A stretch of DNA of 64,000 nt from Sulfurospirillaceae bacterium (GCA_033723415.1 JAWVXD010000004.1:32001-96000), one strand, 5' to 3'; positions 42,546-52,399 are shown, counted from the stretch's first letter. Numbers and translations are program-made. Notes: a model not told the origin generated them from the letters alone.

Positions 42546-43634
42546 ATGGAAAGAAGAGCGTTCTTAAAAACTTCAGCATTTACGATAGGTGCAGTGTCTA
42601 TGCTGCCAAACCAACTGTTAGCAGGCGAAAAAAGCAGAAGATTCAAAGTGATCTTAGATTATGACATCAAATATGACGAAAAAAACTTTGCCGCAAAGCT
42701 TTGGAATCCGATTCCATTTGACAGTGATTACCAAAAAGTAAAGTTTTTAAAATTTAGCGGAAATTACAACGATTACAATATCAATGAAGAAAATCCATAC
42801 GATGCAAAAATGTTATACGCAAGCTGGGACAAAGGTGAAACAAAGAAAACCCTACATGTAGAGATGCAAATCGAGACGACTTACCGAAAAGTCAGCTTGA
42901 AGTTCATCAAAAAAGCAAGTCATGAGAATCTTCCGATCCCGGAAAATGTGAAGATGTACCTAGAAGCAACTGCGCATATCCCGACAACCGGCGAACTAAA
43001 AGAGTTGGCAGAGAAGATCACAAAAGGTAAAACCGACCGATTTGACAAAGTCAAAGCGATCTATGACTGGGTTACTTACACGACTTTTAGAGATCCAAAA
43101 GTATTGGGTTGCGGTGTCGGCGATGCAGGCAAGATGGTAAAAAGCGGATATTTCGGCGGCAAATGTACCGACATCAGCTCGCTTTTTGTAGCCCTACTTC
43201 GAGCTAGCGGCATCCCGGCACGTGAGGTTTTCGGCATCCGTCTTGGAAAGTCTGAGTACTCTAAAGCTCTGGGTAAATCCGATGCAAAAGGCTTTGCAAC
43301 GATCTCATCATGGCAACACTGCCGTGCGGAGTACTACATCCCGGGTGCAGGTTGGATACCGAGTGATCCGGCAGACATCACAAAACTAGAACTCGTAGAG
43401 AGACTCAAATACGATGACAAAAAAGTCAAAGAACTCACATCAAGATACCTACACTCTTGGGAGATGAACTGGGTAGGCTTCAATCACGCGCGTGACTTCG
43501 TGCTCAGTCCAAAACCGACACAATTCCCGCTCAACATGCTAGGTTACCCATACGCAGAAGCAAACGGCGATCCGCTCAACTACTACTCGCCGAAAACTTT
43601 CGCATACAAGATAACATCGCAAGAGATAAAATGA
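42546..43634 (+). CDS. Tat-exported transglutaminase-like (Cys-His-Asp) protein
   Basis: ERRAFLK Tat motif; GGKCTD, QHCRAE, PSDPAD; start at MERR after AAGGA. Confidence 0.88.
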   Translation: MERRAFLKTSAFTIGAVSMLPNQLLAGEKSRRFKVILDYDIKYDEKNFAAKLWNPIPFDSDYQKVKFLKFSGNYNDYNINEENPYDAKMLYASWDKGETKKTLHVEMQIETTYRKVSLKFIKKASHENLPIPENVKMYLEATAHIPTTGELKELAEKITKGKTDRFDKVKAIYDWVTYTTFRDPKVLGCGVGDAGKMVKSGYFGGKCTDISSLFVALLRASGIPAREVFGIRLGKSEYSKALGKSDAKGFATISSWQHCRAEYYIPGAGWIPSDPADITKLELVERLKYDDKKVKELTSRYLHSWEMNWVGFNHARDFVLSPKPTQFPLNMLGYPYAEANGDPLNYYSPKTFAYKITSQEIK

Positions 43635-44212
43635 CCCGATCTATAGATTGTAAGAATTTAGCCTGCCCGCTTCCGGTCATCCAAGTCAAAGAGGCTTATG
43701 AAAAGCTCACCGACGATGGCATTTTGGATGTGGAACTAAACTCTTACTCTTCTATAGAAAACGTGAAACGATTCGCTAAAAACCAAGGCGTCTTTTGCAA
43801 AGTCAAGTCAAAAACAAAAGAGATGACCGTACTGACCTTGGTCAAAGGTTACAACTGTGAGCTCGAAGATGCCAAGAAAGATCGCTCTTTTTATGCGCTC
43901 ATCATCGGCTCACTCATCTCGGCATTTTTGGCGAGCACGTGCTGTCTCGCACCGCTTTTGTTTTTGATATTTGGTGTGAGTATGGGGTCACTGTCGTTTT
44001 TGCAAGTATTTGCACCCTATCATCTCTACTTTTCGCTCTTTTCACTTCTCATCATCGCTTATCTTTGGTATGATTACTTTAAAAGAACAAAAGAGAGACT
44101 GGTCTGCGCGACACCGCTTTGTAAAAACTACAAACTGTATCTTGGCATCGGCACGCTCTTTGTGGTGGTTCTCATCACGTATCCTTACTGGGCAAATTAT
44201 ATACTGGAGTAG
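43631..44212 (+). CDS. TusA/SirA(YedF-like)-MerT fusion membrane protein
   Basis: N-terminal IDCKNLACPLPV...ENVKRFA; C-terminal ASTCC TM1, CATPLC loop, three TM helices. Confidence 0.8.
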   Translation: MTRSIDCKNLACPLPVIQVKEAYEKLTDDGILDVELNSYSSIENVKRFAKNQGVFCKVKSKTKEMTVLTLVKGYNCELEDAKKDRSFYALIIGSLISAFLASTCCLAPLLFLIFGVSMGSLSFLQVFAPYHLYFSLFSLLIIAYLWYDYFKRTKERLVCATPLCKNYKLYLGIGTLFVVVLITYPYWANYILE

Positions 44213-44215
44213 ATC

Positions 44216-44494
44216 ATGAAATTTTTATGGATATTTTTAACCCTTTTTACTTTTTCTTTCGCAGCGACCAAGGTAGCCGTGATCGATGTATCGGGTATGA
44301 CTTGTCCGCTTTGTACCAGTGCCGTAAAACACAGCCTAAAACACACAAAAGGCGTACAACAAGCCAAAGTCTTACTCAACACAAAACAAGCAACCGTAGT
44401 CTATGACGACGCGCTTACTTCACAAAAAGAGCTGCTAAAAGCGGTAAAAAATGCAGGCTACAGCGGAGTGATCAAATCTATAAAAGACAGGTAA
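44216..44494 (+). CDS. Periplasmic heavy-metal-binding HMA protein (MerP-like)
   Basis: Signal peptide; GMTCPLC; AGY. Confidence 0.88.
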   Translation: MKFLWIFLTLFTFSFAATKVAVIDVSGMTCPLCTSAVKHSLKHTKGVQQAKVLLNTKQATVVYDDALTSQKELLKAVKNAGYSGVIKSIKDR

Positions 44495-44533
44495 GCTTTT
44501 TTTTACACAATTTGCGCTAAAATTCTCCACATG

Positions 44534-44632
44534 CGGGGGGTATCTGACCCTGGTGGGCAGTACGGGCTTCAAACCCGATGTCTGGGCGGTTGACCGTCTG
44601 GAGGTAGGTTCGATTCCTACACCCTCTCGCCA
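44534..44632 (+). tRNA. selC: tRNA-Sec (TCA)
   Basis: Anticodon loop CTTCAAA, long variable arm TCTGGGCGGT/ACCGTCTGGA, T arm GTAGG-TTCGATT-CCTAC, GCCA end, ~99 nt; upstream TAAAAT. Confidence 0.95.
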
Positions 44633-45211
44633 GTCTTATGAAAAAAGAATTAACTTTATAATACTTTTTTTAAGTCTTTTTACTCTCATAAGATTTGTTA
44701 AAATAAACTTCAAGATATATGAGTTCTCATATTATTGTATTGTTTGTTGTGTTCAAATAAAATTAACACCCTGTTACTGATTTAATGAATAATAAGTTTA
44801 ACCATTCAAAAACTATATATTATAATTTGCAATACCAATATCTCAGCAATCTATAATATATATTAGAATAATATATGAAATGAATTATAAGAAGCTGAGA
44901 AAATTCACATCGATTTTACAATTCTTGAATCAAATTAATTTTCTTTTAGCATTATATTGGTTGCAAAAATTCAGGGCAGCTAAAAAATGATCCTAGCAAA
45001 TCCTAAAAAATATTTCCTCCTACTATTTCGAAGTCAAATCATACAAAATGAAACACAAAAAATTTCAACAATACTAATCGCTTATATGGTTATACTTATT
45101 ATATATACCAGAATGTGATGTGATATTATAATATTAAGATCAATAGAAATGAGATGAAAAATTATTTATAAACTATAAACTACAACGATATCTTGTAATA
45201 TTAGGATAAAT

Positions 45212-47566
45212 ATGAATTTTTATAACCTGAAAGCAATATTTGATAATCAGAAAGCAACACTATTGTGGGAATATAACCTTGAACTCAAAGAAGAAGATTT
45301 TGAAAATATTGAAAGTCAAATTTTTGATCCATCTAATTCAGATGAACTTACAGAGCTCATCACTACTTTATATCTTTTTTATATTGCATTGGAAAAATAT
45401 AAAGATGGAAATTTTTGGGACAATACAATTGCGAGAAATGATTCACAAGAGAGAAGAAAATTTCATCAGAGTTTTAATAAATTTTTAAATCGATATAATT
45501 TATTCGTGCCCCCTTTACAGACTCATGGGTATAAATTCGTTACTCCACTTTTAATTCACGCTGTTTTACCAAAACACTATGCTAACCAATTTTTAGGAAT
45601 ATCAAAAAAAATTTATGAAAAAGAACGCGATTTAGATTATTTACTTTTCATGCCTAAAAATGAATTAGAAACCTATTTTGAACATTCAATTGAATCAATA
45701 AAGAAATTAATTTCAAATGACACAACAATTTTAATTATTAAAGATTTAGTTTATAGAACTGTTAAAACCATTGATTATATTTATGATAAAAAAACTGAAA
45801 ATCTTTTTAATCTTCCAATATGGTTTTTTGAAAAGATTAAAATCTTTTTAAAAGATACCAGCAAAGTAATAAAATATACTAATTTATCTTTTATGCCTAA
45901 TGGCTATGTCACAACAAATTTCGATTTTAATGATGATGTGGATTTATTTTTTTTTGATGAAAAAGAAATGTTAATAACAACGAAACAAGAAAATAATATG
46001 ATATATTTTACCAAAGAACCAAAATTTTTAATAATTAACAAAAATTCTACTGAACTTATAGAGGAAATCGAAGATTATTTTTCATCTCCTTATTATAGAT
46101 GGAATGTCATCAATAAAAATTTTTATTGCTATGAATTAGAAGAAGAGCTCATTAATGAAGAATTAGGGAAATTTCAATGTAAAATATTTGAATTAAATTA
46201 TGATGAAATCACCCTTGAATCAATTAAAAAACAATTTCCAATTTATCTAAAATCAACAAATAATATAGAAACTTATTTTGATGGCATAATAATTAAAAAT
46301 TATTCTAAATTTTCTAAAATTTACTTAAATAATAATGAAATGCACGAGAATTACCTTAAGCTTAATGTAGGGTCATATGAGCTAAAAGCCATAAGTAGTT
46401 TAGGACAAATAGTAAAAAATCAAAAAATACAAATTATCCCTTTTTGCGAGATAGAAGAACTAAATAATAAAATTTGTATTGACAAAAACCAATTTGAATT
46501 CAATGACATTATTACTATCAATGGTTTTAATTTTGAATATGACAATTTAAATATATTTTTGCAAGATAAACTTCTACAAAATAAAAGTGATATTATGCTT
46601 TTTAGACAAAAAAACAATTATCAGATACAAATTCAACATAAACCAAAGTATATAAAACATTTAAAAATTAGCTATGAAGACATCAATAATAAAATTTTAG
46701 ACAAGAATAGAGTTAACAATAATAATCAAAAGATTGAAATCTCAGAAGAGATAAAAAATAATTCAAGTTTTCCAATAAAAATTTTCATAGAATATAGAAA
46801 TTTTGATAAATATAAAAAAGTTTTAATTGGAACAATATATCATATTGAATTGAAAGATACTTCATCTACTATAACTATAGAACCGGATATTAATATATTC
46901 AATGTTGTAATTCAATCAAAGTACGATATTTTTTCAAAACCTTTAAAAACAGATGATCGAATAGTTGAGTTTACGAAATTCCCAACCCCTAAATCTGGTG
47001 ATTTTAATATTATTATTTATGATAAGGATACAAATACTCAGATATTAAAAAAAATTATAACACTGAATCATATAAAATCAAATGATCCGCTAGTAAATTA
47101 TTTTGCTAATAATCAAAATTTTCGTCCTCCGAACATATCAATTAAGAATTTGAAAACGGTTATACGTCATTTAAAAAATATACATTATCACTATCTTGAT
47201 GATGAGATAATTGAAAAATTAAATTTTTTGCTGATTAAGTTATATAAAGAAAATTCAAATGATATTGATAGTTTTATTTTAGAACAAGATAATCTACTGA
47301 CTAAACTAAAATATATGATTTTATTTAATAAACAAATATCAATATCTTATCAAAAAACTTCTCTTAAAGATAATATAATATTAGCTATAAAAATAAGATT
47401 TCCAGAAGCAATTTCTTCATTGAAAAATGAATTCTTAGAAATATTTTTTAATGTTTTGCAAAAAAATAGTGAGAAGAATAGAGTTAAAATATTTGAGATT
47501 CTAGAATATCATAGTATTCAAGAAATTATAAATAAATCTATCATAAAGGAAAGAGATGAGGCTTAA
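45212..47566 (+). CDS. Hypothetical 784-aa protein, DruH-like partner of helicase
   Basis: N-terminal LYLFYIA..KY.DGNFWD...FVTPLLIHAVLP resembles N-termini of proteins preceding DUF1998 helicases (from memory); overlaps helicase start. Confidence 0.55.
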   Translation: MNFYNLKAIFDNQKATLLWEYNLELKEEDFENIESQIFDPSNSDELTELITTLYLFYIALEKYKDGNFWDNTIARNDSQERRKFHQSFNKFLNRYNLFVPPLQTHGYKFVTPLLIHAVLPKHYANQFLGISKKIYEKERDLDYLLFMPKNELETYFEHSIESIKKLISNDTTILIIKDLVYRTVKTIDYIYDKKTENLFNLPIWFFEKIKIFLKDTSKVIKYTNLSFMPNGYVTTNFDFNDDVDLFFFDEKEMLITTKQENNMIYFTKEPKFLIINKNSTELIEEIEDYFSSPYYRWNVINKNFYCYELEEELINEELGKFQCKIFELNYDEITLESIKKQFPIYLKSTNNIETYFDGIIIKNYSKFSKIYLNNNEMHENYLKLNVGSYELKAISSLGQIVKNQKIQIIPFCEIEELNNKICIDKNQFEFNDIITINGFNFEYDNLNIFLQDKLLQNKSDIMLFRQKNNYQIQIQHKPKYIKHLKISYEDINNKILDKNRVNNNNQKIEISEEIKNNSSFPIKIFIEYRNFDKYKKVLIGTIYHIELKDTSSTITIEPDINIFNVVIQSKYDIFSKPLKTDDRIVEFTKFPTPKSGDFNIIIYDKDTNTQILKKIITLNHIKSNDPLVNYFANNQNFRPPNISIKNLKTVIRHLKNIHYHYLDDEIIEKLNFLLIKLYKENSNDIDSFILEQDNLLTKLKYMILFNKQISISYQKTSLKDNIILAIKIRFPEAISSLKNEFLEIFFNVLQKNSEKNRVKIFEILEYHSIQEIINKSIIKERDEA

Positions 47567-50500
47567 CCCAATCAGCACGTACAAAAGGATAGAAGAAAAT
47601 TATAAAAACTATTTAAAAACACTTTTTTATTCCAGAAATGAGTCTATAAATAAAAAATTATCTAAAGAAATAGATGAAACAAAATTTACCAAAGGTCCAT
47701 TTGTTGAACAAACATACAAATTTGAAAAAGGTAGGTCAACTATTGAATATATAAAAAATAATATATTGCACAAAGATATAGAAAAGATATTAAAACCTTT
47801 TGAACTAAACAGTCTATATTATCATCAACAAGAAGTAATAGAAAAATCAATCATTAACAATCAAAATATTATTATTTCAACAGGAACTGGTAGTGGCAAA
47901 ACTCTTAGTTTTCTAATTCCTGTTATTAATTATATTTTAAAAAATAAAACACATGGGGTTAAAGCTATATTCTTATATCCAATGAATGCTTTAGCAAATG
48001 ATCAACTAAAAGATTTAAGAATACGATTAAAGAATTTACCAAACATAACATTTGGAAGATATACTGGGGAAACTCAATACAGTGAAAAAGATGCTATAGA
48101 AACTTATAGAAGCCAAAATATTGAAATATTGGAAAATGAGAAAAAAAGTCGAGAAGAGCTTTTGAAAAATCCTCCAGATATTTTAATTACAAATTATTCA
48201 ATGCTTGAATTTTTATTACTTCGCCCAAAAGACAATGTACTATTTAACGATAACACTTGGAAATATATAGTTTTGGATGAAATCCATACTTATGATGGAG
48301 CAAAAGGTAGTGAAATAGGGTATTTACTGAGAAGATTACAAGATAGAGTCTTTCGTGACAATAGTCCACTTTGCATTGGGGCAAGTGCAACATTGGGAGA
48401 TGAAAGAAACAATAAGCAAGTTGCACAATTTGCACAAGATATTTTTGGAGTGATTTTTGAGAAAAACGCAATTATTAGAGCAAAATATAAAGAACAAAAA
48501 ATTTTAAACAATAGCCTGTGGAAATTAAATTTCAAACCAAGCGAACTTTTAAAAGACATTGAAGATAATCCATCAATAGCTGTTTTACAAAAATATAAAA
48601 AAGGTTTTCAACCAAGTAGTGATAATTTTAAAGAAACGCTATATCAATTATTAGAAAATAATTATGAAGTAAATAGAATAAAAAAATTGCTTTTAAAAAC
48701 ACCTCTTACAATTCAAGAATTGTCAAAAGAATTAGAATTTGATGATGAAAATGAATTGGCCTCATTAATTGAATTGTCTTTTAAAGCAAGAAAGGCTGAT
48801 GAAGAATTGCTTTACGCAAAATATCACTTTTTTATCAAGGCTTCAGATGGATTATATGCAATATTAAATGACAATGGAGATGTTAGTGAAATATTCTTTG
48901 ATAAAAAGATAACCTACAAGAATAGAAAAGTTTTTGAGTTGTCTGCATGCGCTAATTGTGGTGAAATATTTTTAACTGGAATGAAAAATAAAAAAGATTT
49001 TTTAGAAATAGATGCTGGTGATGATAGCGATATACTAAGGTTGAACTCAAACAAAAGGATTTATTTGTCAAATTTACTAGAACTAAATATTGATGAAGAT
49101 GAAGACGAGAATACAAAAAAGCATGAGCTAAGATACCTAGATATAAGAAGTGGAGAAATATCAAAAGAAAAAAAGGATGGTTTTTTAAAGTTTTTAGAAA
49201 TCAAAACACGCGATGATAAAGATTCAATAGAACTTTGTCCAAATTGTGGGAAATATGCTAAGAAGAATTTTCCTGCGATTAATTATAGATTTGTAACTGG
49301 AGATGAGATTCCACAAAGTGTCATTTTACTTCCACTATATAATTCATTATCTTTTAAAAATAAAAAAAAAGTATTAGTATTCTCAGATAGTAGAAAAGAT
49401 GCTGCTTTCTTCGCGCCATTTTTTGAACGTATTTATAATGATGCAATAAATCGAAAAAAATTGCTTTATATTTTAACAAAAGAAAATAGAGGAATAGGAT
49501 ATGATGAAGTTATTGAAAACTATCTTTTTAATCAATTTAAAGATAAAAAGAAACATGATTATGTAAATTTATTGATTAATGAATTTTCTCTAAAAGATAA
49601 TAAATCATTGGAAAACATTGGCTTAGTTAAATTTACATTAGAAGAACAAATTGAACAAGAAATTTTGAAGAGACTTAATTTTCTATGTGAATATCTCCTA
49701 ACAAAAAATGATATTAAAGCTTTGCTATATATTCTTCTTTCGACAATGAGAGCATCTTTTGCAATAGATGCCGAAGCAAGTATTGCAGATGCTTTAGATT
49801 TACCATTTAAAAATAATGCACCAAGTTTTAAAAAAAGAGTTGATCAGCCATCTATAGGCTGGGTAGGAAACAATAAAAGAGTAAAATTTTTAGAAAAGTT
49901 ATTAAATATATCTGATAAAAAGTCTAAAGAAATTATGGAAAAGATTTGGGACAGTTTAACATCTACTAATATTTTTAGTAACGATGAAGGAGCAAAACGA
50001 TTAAAAATAAAAAATTGGAATATTAGTTTGAATAAAAAGATCTACAGATGTAATAAATGTGGAAAAATTCATATCTGGAGTGCTAAAAAACAATGTAAAG
50101 TTTTTGGCTGTAGTGGACTATTGAACGAGATAACTATAAATGATATTGAAGATGCTAAATATTATATCAATCTATATCAAAATTTTATAGATAGTAAACA
50201 TTTGAAGTTAGAATCAGTTATGTGCATAGAAGAACATACAGCACAATTAGGTAGAGAGAATGCCCAAAAAGTTCAATTAGCTTTTGAAAATGGCGATGTA
50301 AATATATTGAGTTGTTCAACAACATTTGAGCTTGGAGTAGATATAGGCTCATTAGAGTGTGTGTTCCTACATAATGTGCCGCCAAATCCTAGTAACTATA
50401 TTCAAAGAGCTGGAAGGGCTGGTAGAAGTGGTGATTCAACAGCTTTTATTGCAACATTTTCCAACCGAAGAGCTCATGACATAAAATATTTTGAGAATCC

Positions 50501-51959
50501 TATGCCTCTTGTTATGGGGCAAATGAAAACACCTGTAATTAGTATTGAAAATATTAGGATCATAAGAAGACATATGAATTCTCTAGCATTATCATATTTT
50601 TTAAAAGAAAATTATTGTGGTTATACTAATATTAAATTAAAAGAGTTTTTAGAACAAGATTCATTTGAAAAATTTAGAATATACATTAATTCAGAACCAA
50701 AAAAATTAAAAGATTCAATTAAAAATATTTTATCAGACAGCTTATATCATGAAATGGGGATAGAGACATGGCAATGGACAAAAGGGATCAAAGATGAAAA
50801 ATATGAAGGATGTTTAGATTTATGGAGTAAAATAGAAACAGAAGTGAAAACAGATATTTATGAATATACAAATTTGGAAAAAGAATATGTTGAGCAAAGA
50901 GAATATACAAAAGCAGAAAAAATAAAACATATTTTAAGTTACTATGAAAATATAGACATTATATCTCTTTTTAGCCAAAAGATATTTATTCCTAAATACG
51001 GGTTCCCTGTTGATACAGTTTCCTTGGATACTAAAAAAATTGGTTTAAAAAATATATCTTTGGATAGAGATATGAGTATTGCATTAAGAGAATATGCTCC
51101 TAATGAAGAAATAATAGCTGACAAAAAATTAATTACCAGTAACAACATGAAAATCATCAAAGGGAAAATGCCACAAATTGTAAAATTTTATTTTTGTCCA
51201 AAATGCGGATTTTTTGAAGAAGGTATCAATTTAAACTACCCTTCTCATTGTCCAAATTGTGCTGTAAAAATCAGAAATTCAAGTAAACTTAATTATATTG
51301 TTCCTATTTTTGGTTTTGAAGCATTAAAACCTTATAGTAAAATTCCACATAGAAAACCGATACCAAAATCAAAAATAAGAAGTTTTTATATTGGAGGAGA
51401 AGCTGAAATTGAAAATAAAAGATTTTCTACACTATCATTAAAACTTGCAAAAAGAGGAAAAATTACTTCAATTAATATAGATGTAAGAATAGATCTTAAT
51501 AATGGAGAGATAAATAACTCCATGACAAATGAAAATCGGTTAGGATACCATTTCTATACTGATGTTTTAATTGTTGAAAATATAAATCTTGGCAATAATC
51601 TTACAAAAAACTATTCTTTACTTTTTGCTTTGCTAGAAGGATCGAGCGAAGTTTTAGCAATAAAAAGAGAAGATATTAATGGTGTTTTAGTACCTTCCAA
51701 AGACTCCTATAAAATAGTTTTATACGATAGTGTTCCAGCAGGAGCAGGCTTTATGCAAGAAATTTATAAACATTTTGATGATGTTGTGAAATCAGCGATT
51801 AATATAGTAAAAATTTGTAAATGTGATGAAAATAGTTGCTGTCCAGTATGCTTGGAGCATATATCAAATCAACATCTAATTAATTTTATTAAAAGAAAAG
51901 AAGCACTCACAATATTGGAAAGTTTGGATACTATTGATGAGAAATATAATGTAATCTAA
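47556..51959 (+). CDS. Large SF2 DEAH helicase with Zn ribbons and C-terminal DUF1998 (DruE-like)
   Basis: TGTGSGKT, YPMNALANDQ, DEIHTYDG, SAT, FSDSRKDAA, STTFELGVDIG, QRAGRAGR; YDSVPAGAG...CKC...CPVC. Confidence 0.88.
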   Translation: MRLNPISTYKRIEENYKNYLKTLFYSRNESINKKLSKEIDETKFTKGPFVEQTYKFEKGRSTIEYIKNNILHKDIEKILKPFELNSLYYHQQEVIEKSIINNQNIIISTGTGSGKTLSFLIPVINYILKNKTHGVKAIFLYPMNALANDQLKDLRIRLKNLPNITFGRYTGETQYSEKDAIETYRSQNIEILENEKKSREELLKNPPDILITNYSMLEFLLLRPKDNVLFNDNTWKYIVLDEIHTYDGAKGSEIGYLLRRLQDRVFRDNSPLCIGASATLGDERNNKQVAQFAQDIFGVIFEKNAIIRAKYKEQKILNNSLWKLNFKPSELLKDIEDNPSIAVLQKYKKGFQPSSDNFKETLYQLLENNYEVNRIKKLLLKTPLTIQELSKELEFDDENELASLIELSFKARKADEELLYAKYHFFIKASDGLYAILNDNGDVSEIFFDKKITYKNRKVFELSACANCGEIFLTGMKNKKDFLEIDAGDDSDILRLNSNKRIYLSNLLELNIDEDEDENTKKHELRYLDIRSGEISKEKKDGFLKFLEIKTRDDKDSIELCPNCGKYAKKNFPAINYRFVTGDEIPQSVILLPLYNSLSFKNKKKVLVFSDSRKDAAFFAPFFERIYNDAINRKKLLYILTKENRGIGYDEVIENYLFNQFKDKKKHDYVNLLINEFSLKDNKSLENIGLVKFTLEEQIEQEILKRLNFLCEYLLTKNDIKALLYILLSTMRASFAIDAEASIADALDLPFKNNAPSFKKRVDQPSIGWVGNNKRVKFLEKLLNISDKKSKEIMEKIWDSLTSTNIFSNDEGAKRLKIKNWNISLNKKIYRCNKCGKIHIWSAKKQCKVFGCSGLLNEITINDIEDAKYYINLYQNFIDSKHLKLESVMCIEEHTAQLGRENAQKVQLAFENGDVNILSCSTTFELGVDIGSLECVFLHNVPPNPSNYIQRAGRAGRSGDSTAFIATFSNRRAHDIKYFENPMPLVMGQMKTPVISIENIRIIRRHMNSLALSYFLKENYCGYTNIKLKEFLEQDSFEKFRIYINSEPKKLKDSIKNILSDSLYHEMGIETWQWTKGIKDEKYEGCLDLWSKIETEVKTDIYEYTNLEKEYVEQREYTKAEKIKHILSYYENIDIISLFSQKIFIPKYGFPVDTVSLDTKKIGLKNISLDRDMSIALREYAPNEEIIADKKLITSNNMKIIKGKMPQIVKFYFCPKCGFFEEGINLNYPSHCPNCAVKIRNSSKLNYIVPIFGFEALKPYSKIPHRKPIPKSKIRSFYIGGEAEIENKRFSTLSLKLAKRGKITSINIDVRIDLNNGEINNSMTNENRLGYHFYTDVLIVENINLGNNLTKNYSLLFALLEGSSEVLAIKREDINGVLVPSKDSYKIVLYDSVPAGAGFMQEIYKHFDDVVKSAINIVKICKCDENSCCPVCLEHISNQHLINFIKRKEALTILESLDTIDEKYNVI

Positions 51960-52078
51960 AAAAATATTTTCTTTATTCTTTATCTATTCTTAGTCCTAAA
52001 TAAAATCAAAGAAAAAAGAGGGCAGTGGAGACGAAGCTACTTTTCTAGATATTTTTAGACATATCTGTGAGAACTATA

Positions 52079-52390
52079 TCATATCCTAATCGGTTCATCC
52101 ACTTTTGCTTGCACCGATGCGATCTTTTGATGCAGACCATCGACGCGACTCGCTCTTATGTCAAATTTTGCACATGCATAGACGCGGTCATTCTCTTCAA
52201 GTTGGGTGTAGGCTTTTTCTAAAAGCTGTAGTGCTTCATGCATCGTTTTGGTTTCGATCACGGTGCTCATCGGTGTGAGTTTATAGGGAAACCCGCTATC
52301 TTGGATCAGCTTGATGATCTTGGCGACATCGGCACTTTTACTTTCTCCTCCGCTTAGCGGGAACATACTTAACTCCATCAAAACACTCAT
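52079..52390 (-). CDS. MTH1187/YkoF-family thiamine-binding protein
   Basis: ELSMFP, YKLTPMSTVIE, KIASV. Confidence 0.85.
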   Translation of the reverse strand: MSVLMELSMFPLSGGESKSADVAKIIKLIQDSGFPYKLTPMSTVIETKTMHEALQLLEKAYTQLEENDRVYACAKFDIRASRVDGLHQKIASVQAKVDEPIRI

Positions 52391-52399
52391 AGTCTCTCC

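Larger units (their letters stand above)
44640..52070. mobile_element. AT-rich horizontally acquired islet at selC 3' end (no integrase visible)
   Basis: Abrupt shift to very AT-rich sequence right after selC CCA and back near 52.07 kb; two non-housekeeping genes. Confidence 0.7.

Noticed and set aside
43631..44494. Classical mer mercury-resistance operon or transposon
   Set aside because: No merR, merA, MerR-type promoter or transposase in the window
44553..44780. 75-aa ORF in the ORF track
   Set aside because: Overlaps tRNA-Sec; spurious
44880..45118. Two short ATGA-coupled ORFs (36 and 43 aa) in the islet leader
   Set aside because: No SD or recognisable motif; expected by chance; cannot be supported
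51960..52078. attR direct repeat of the selC 3' end
   Set aside because: No copy of the TTCGATTCCTACACCCTCTCGCCA end was found by eye
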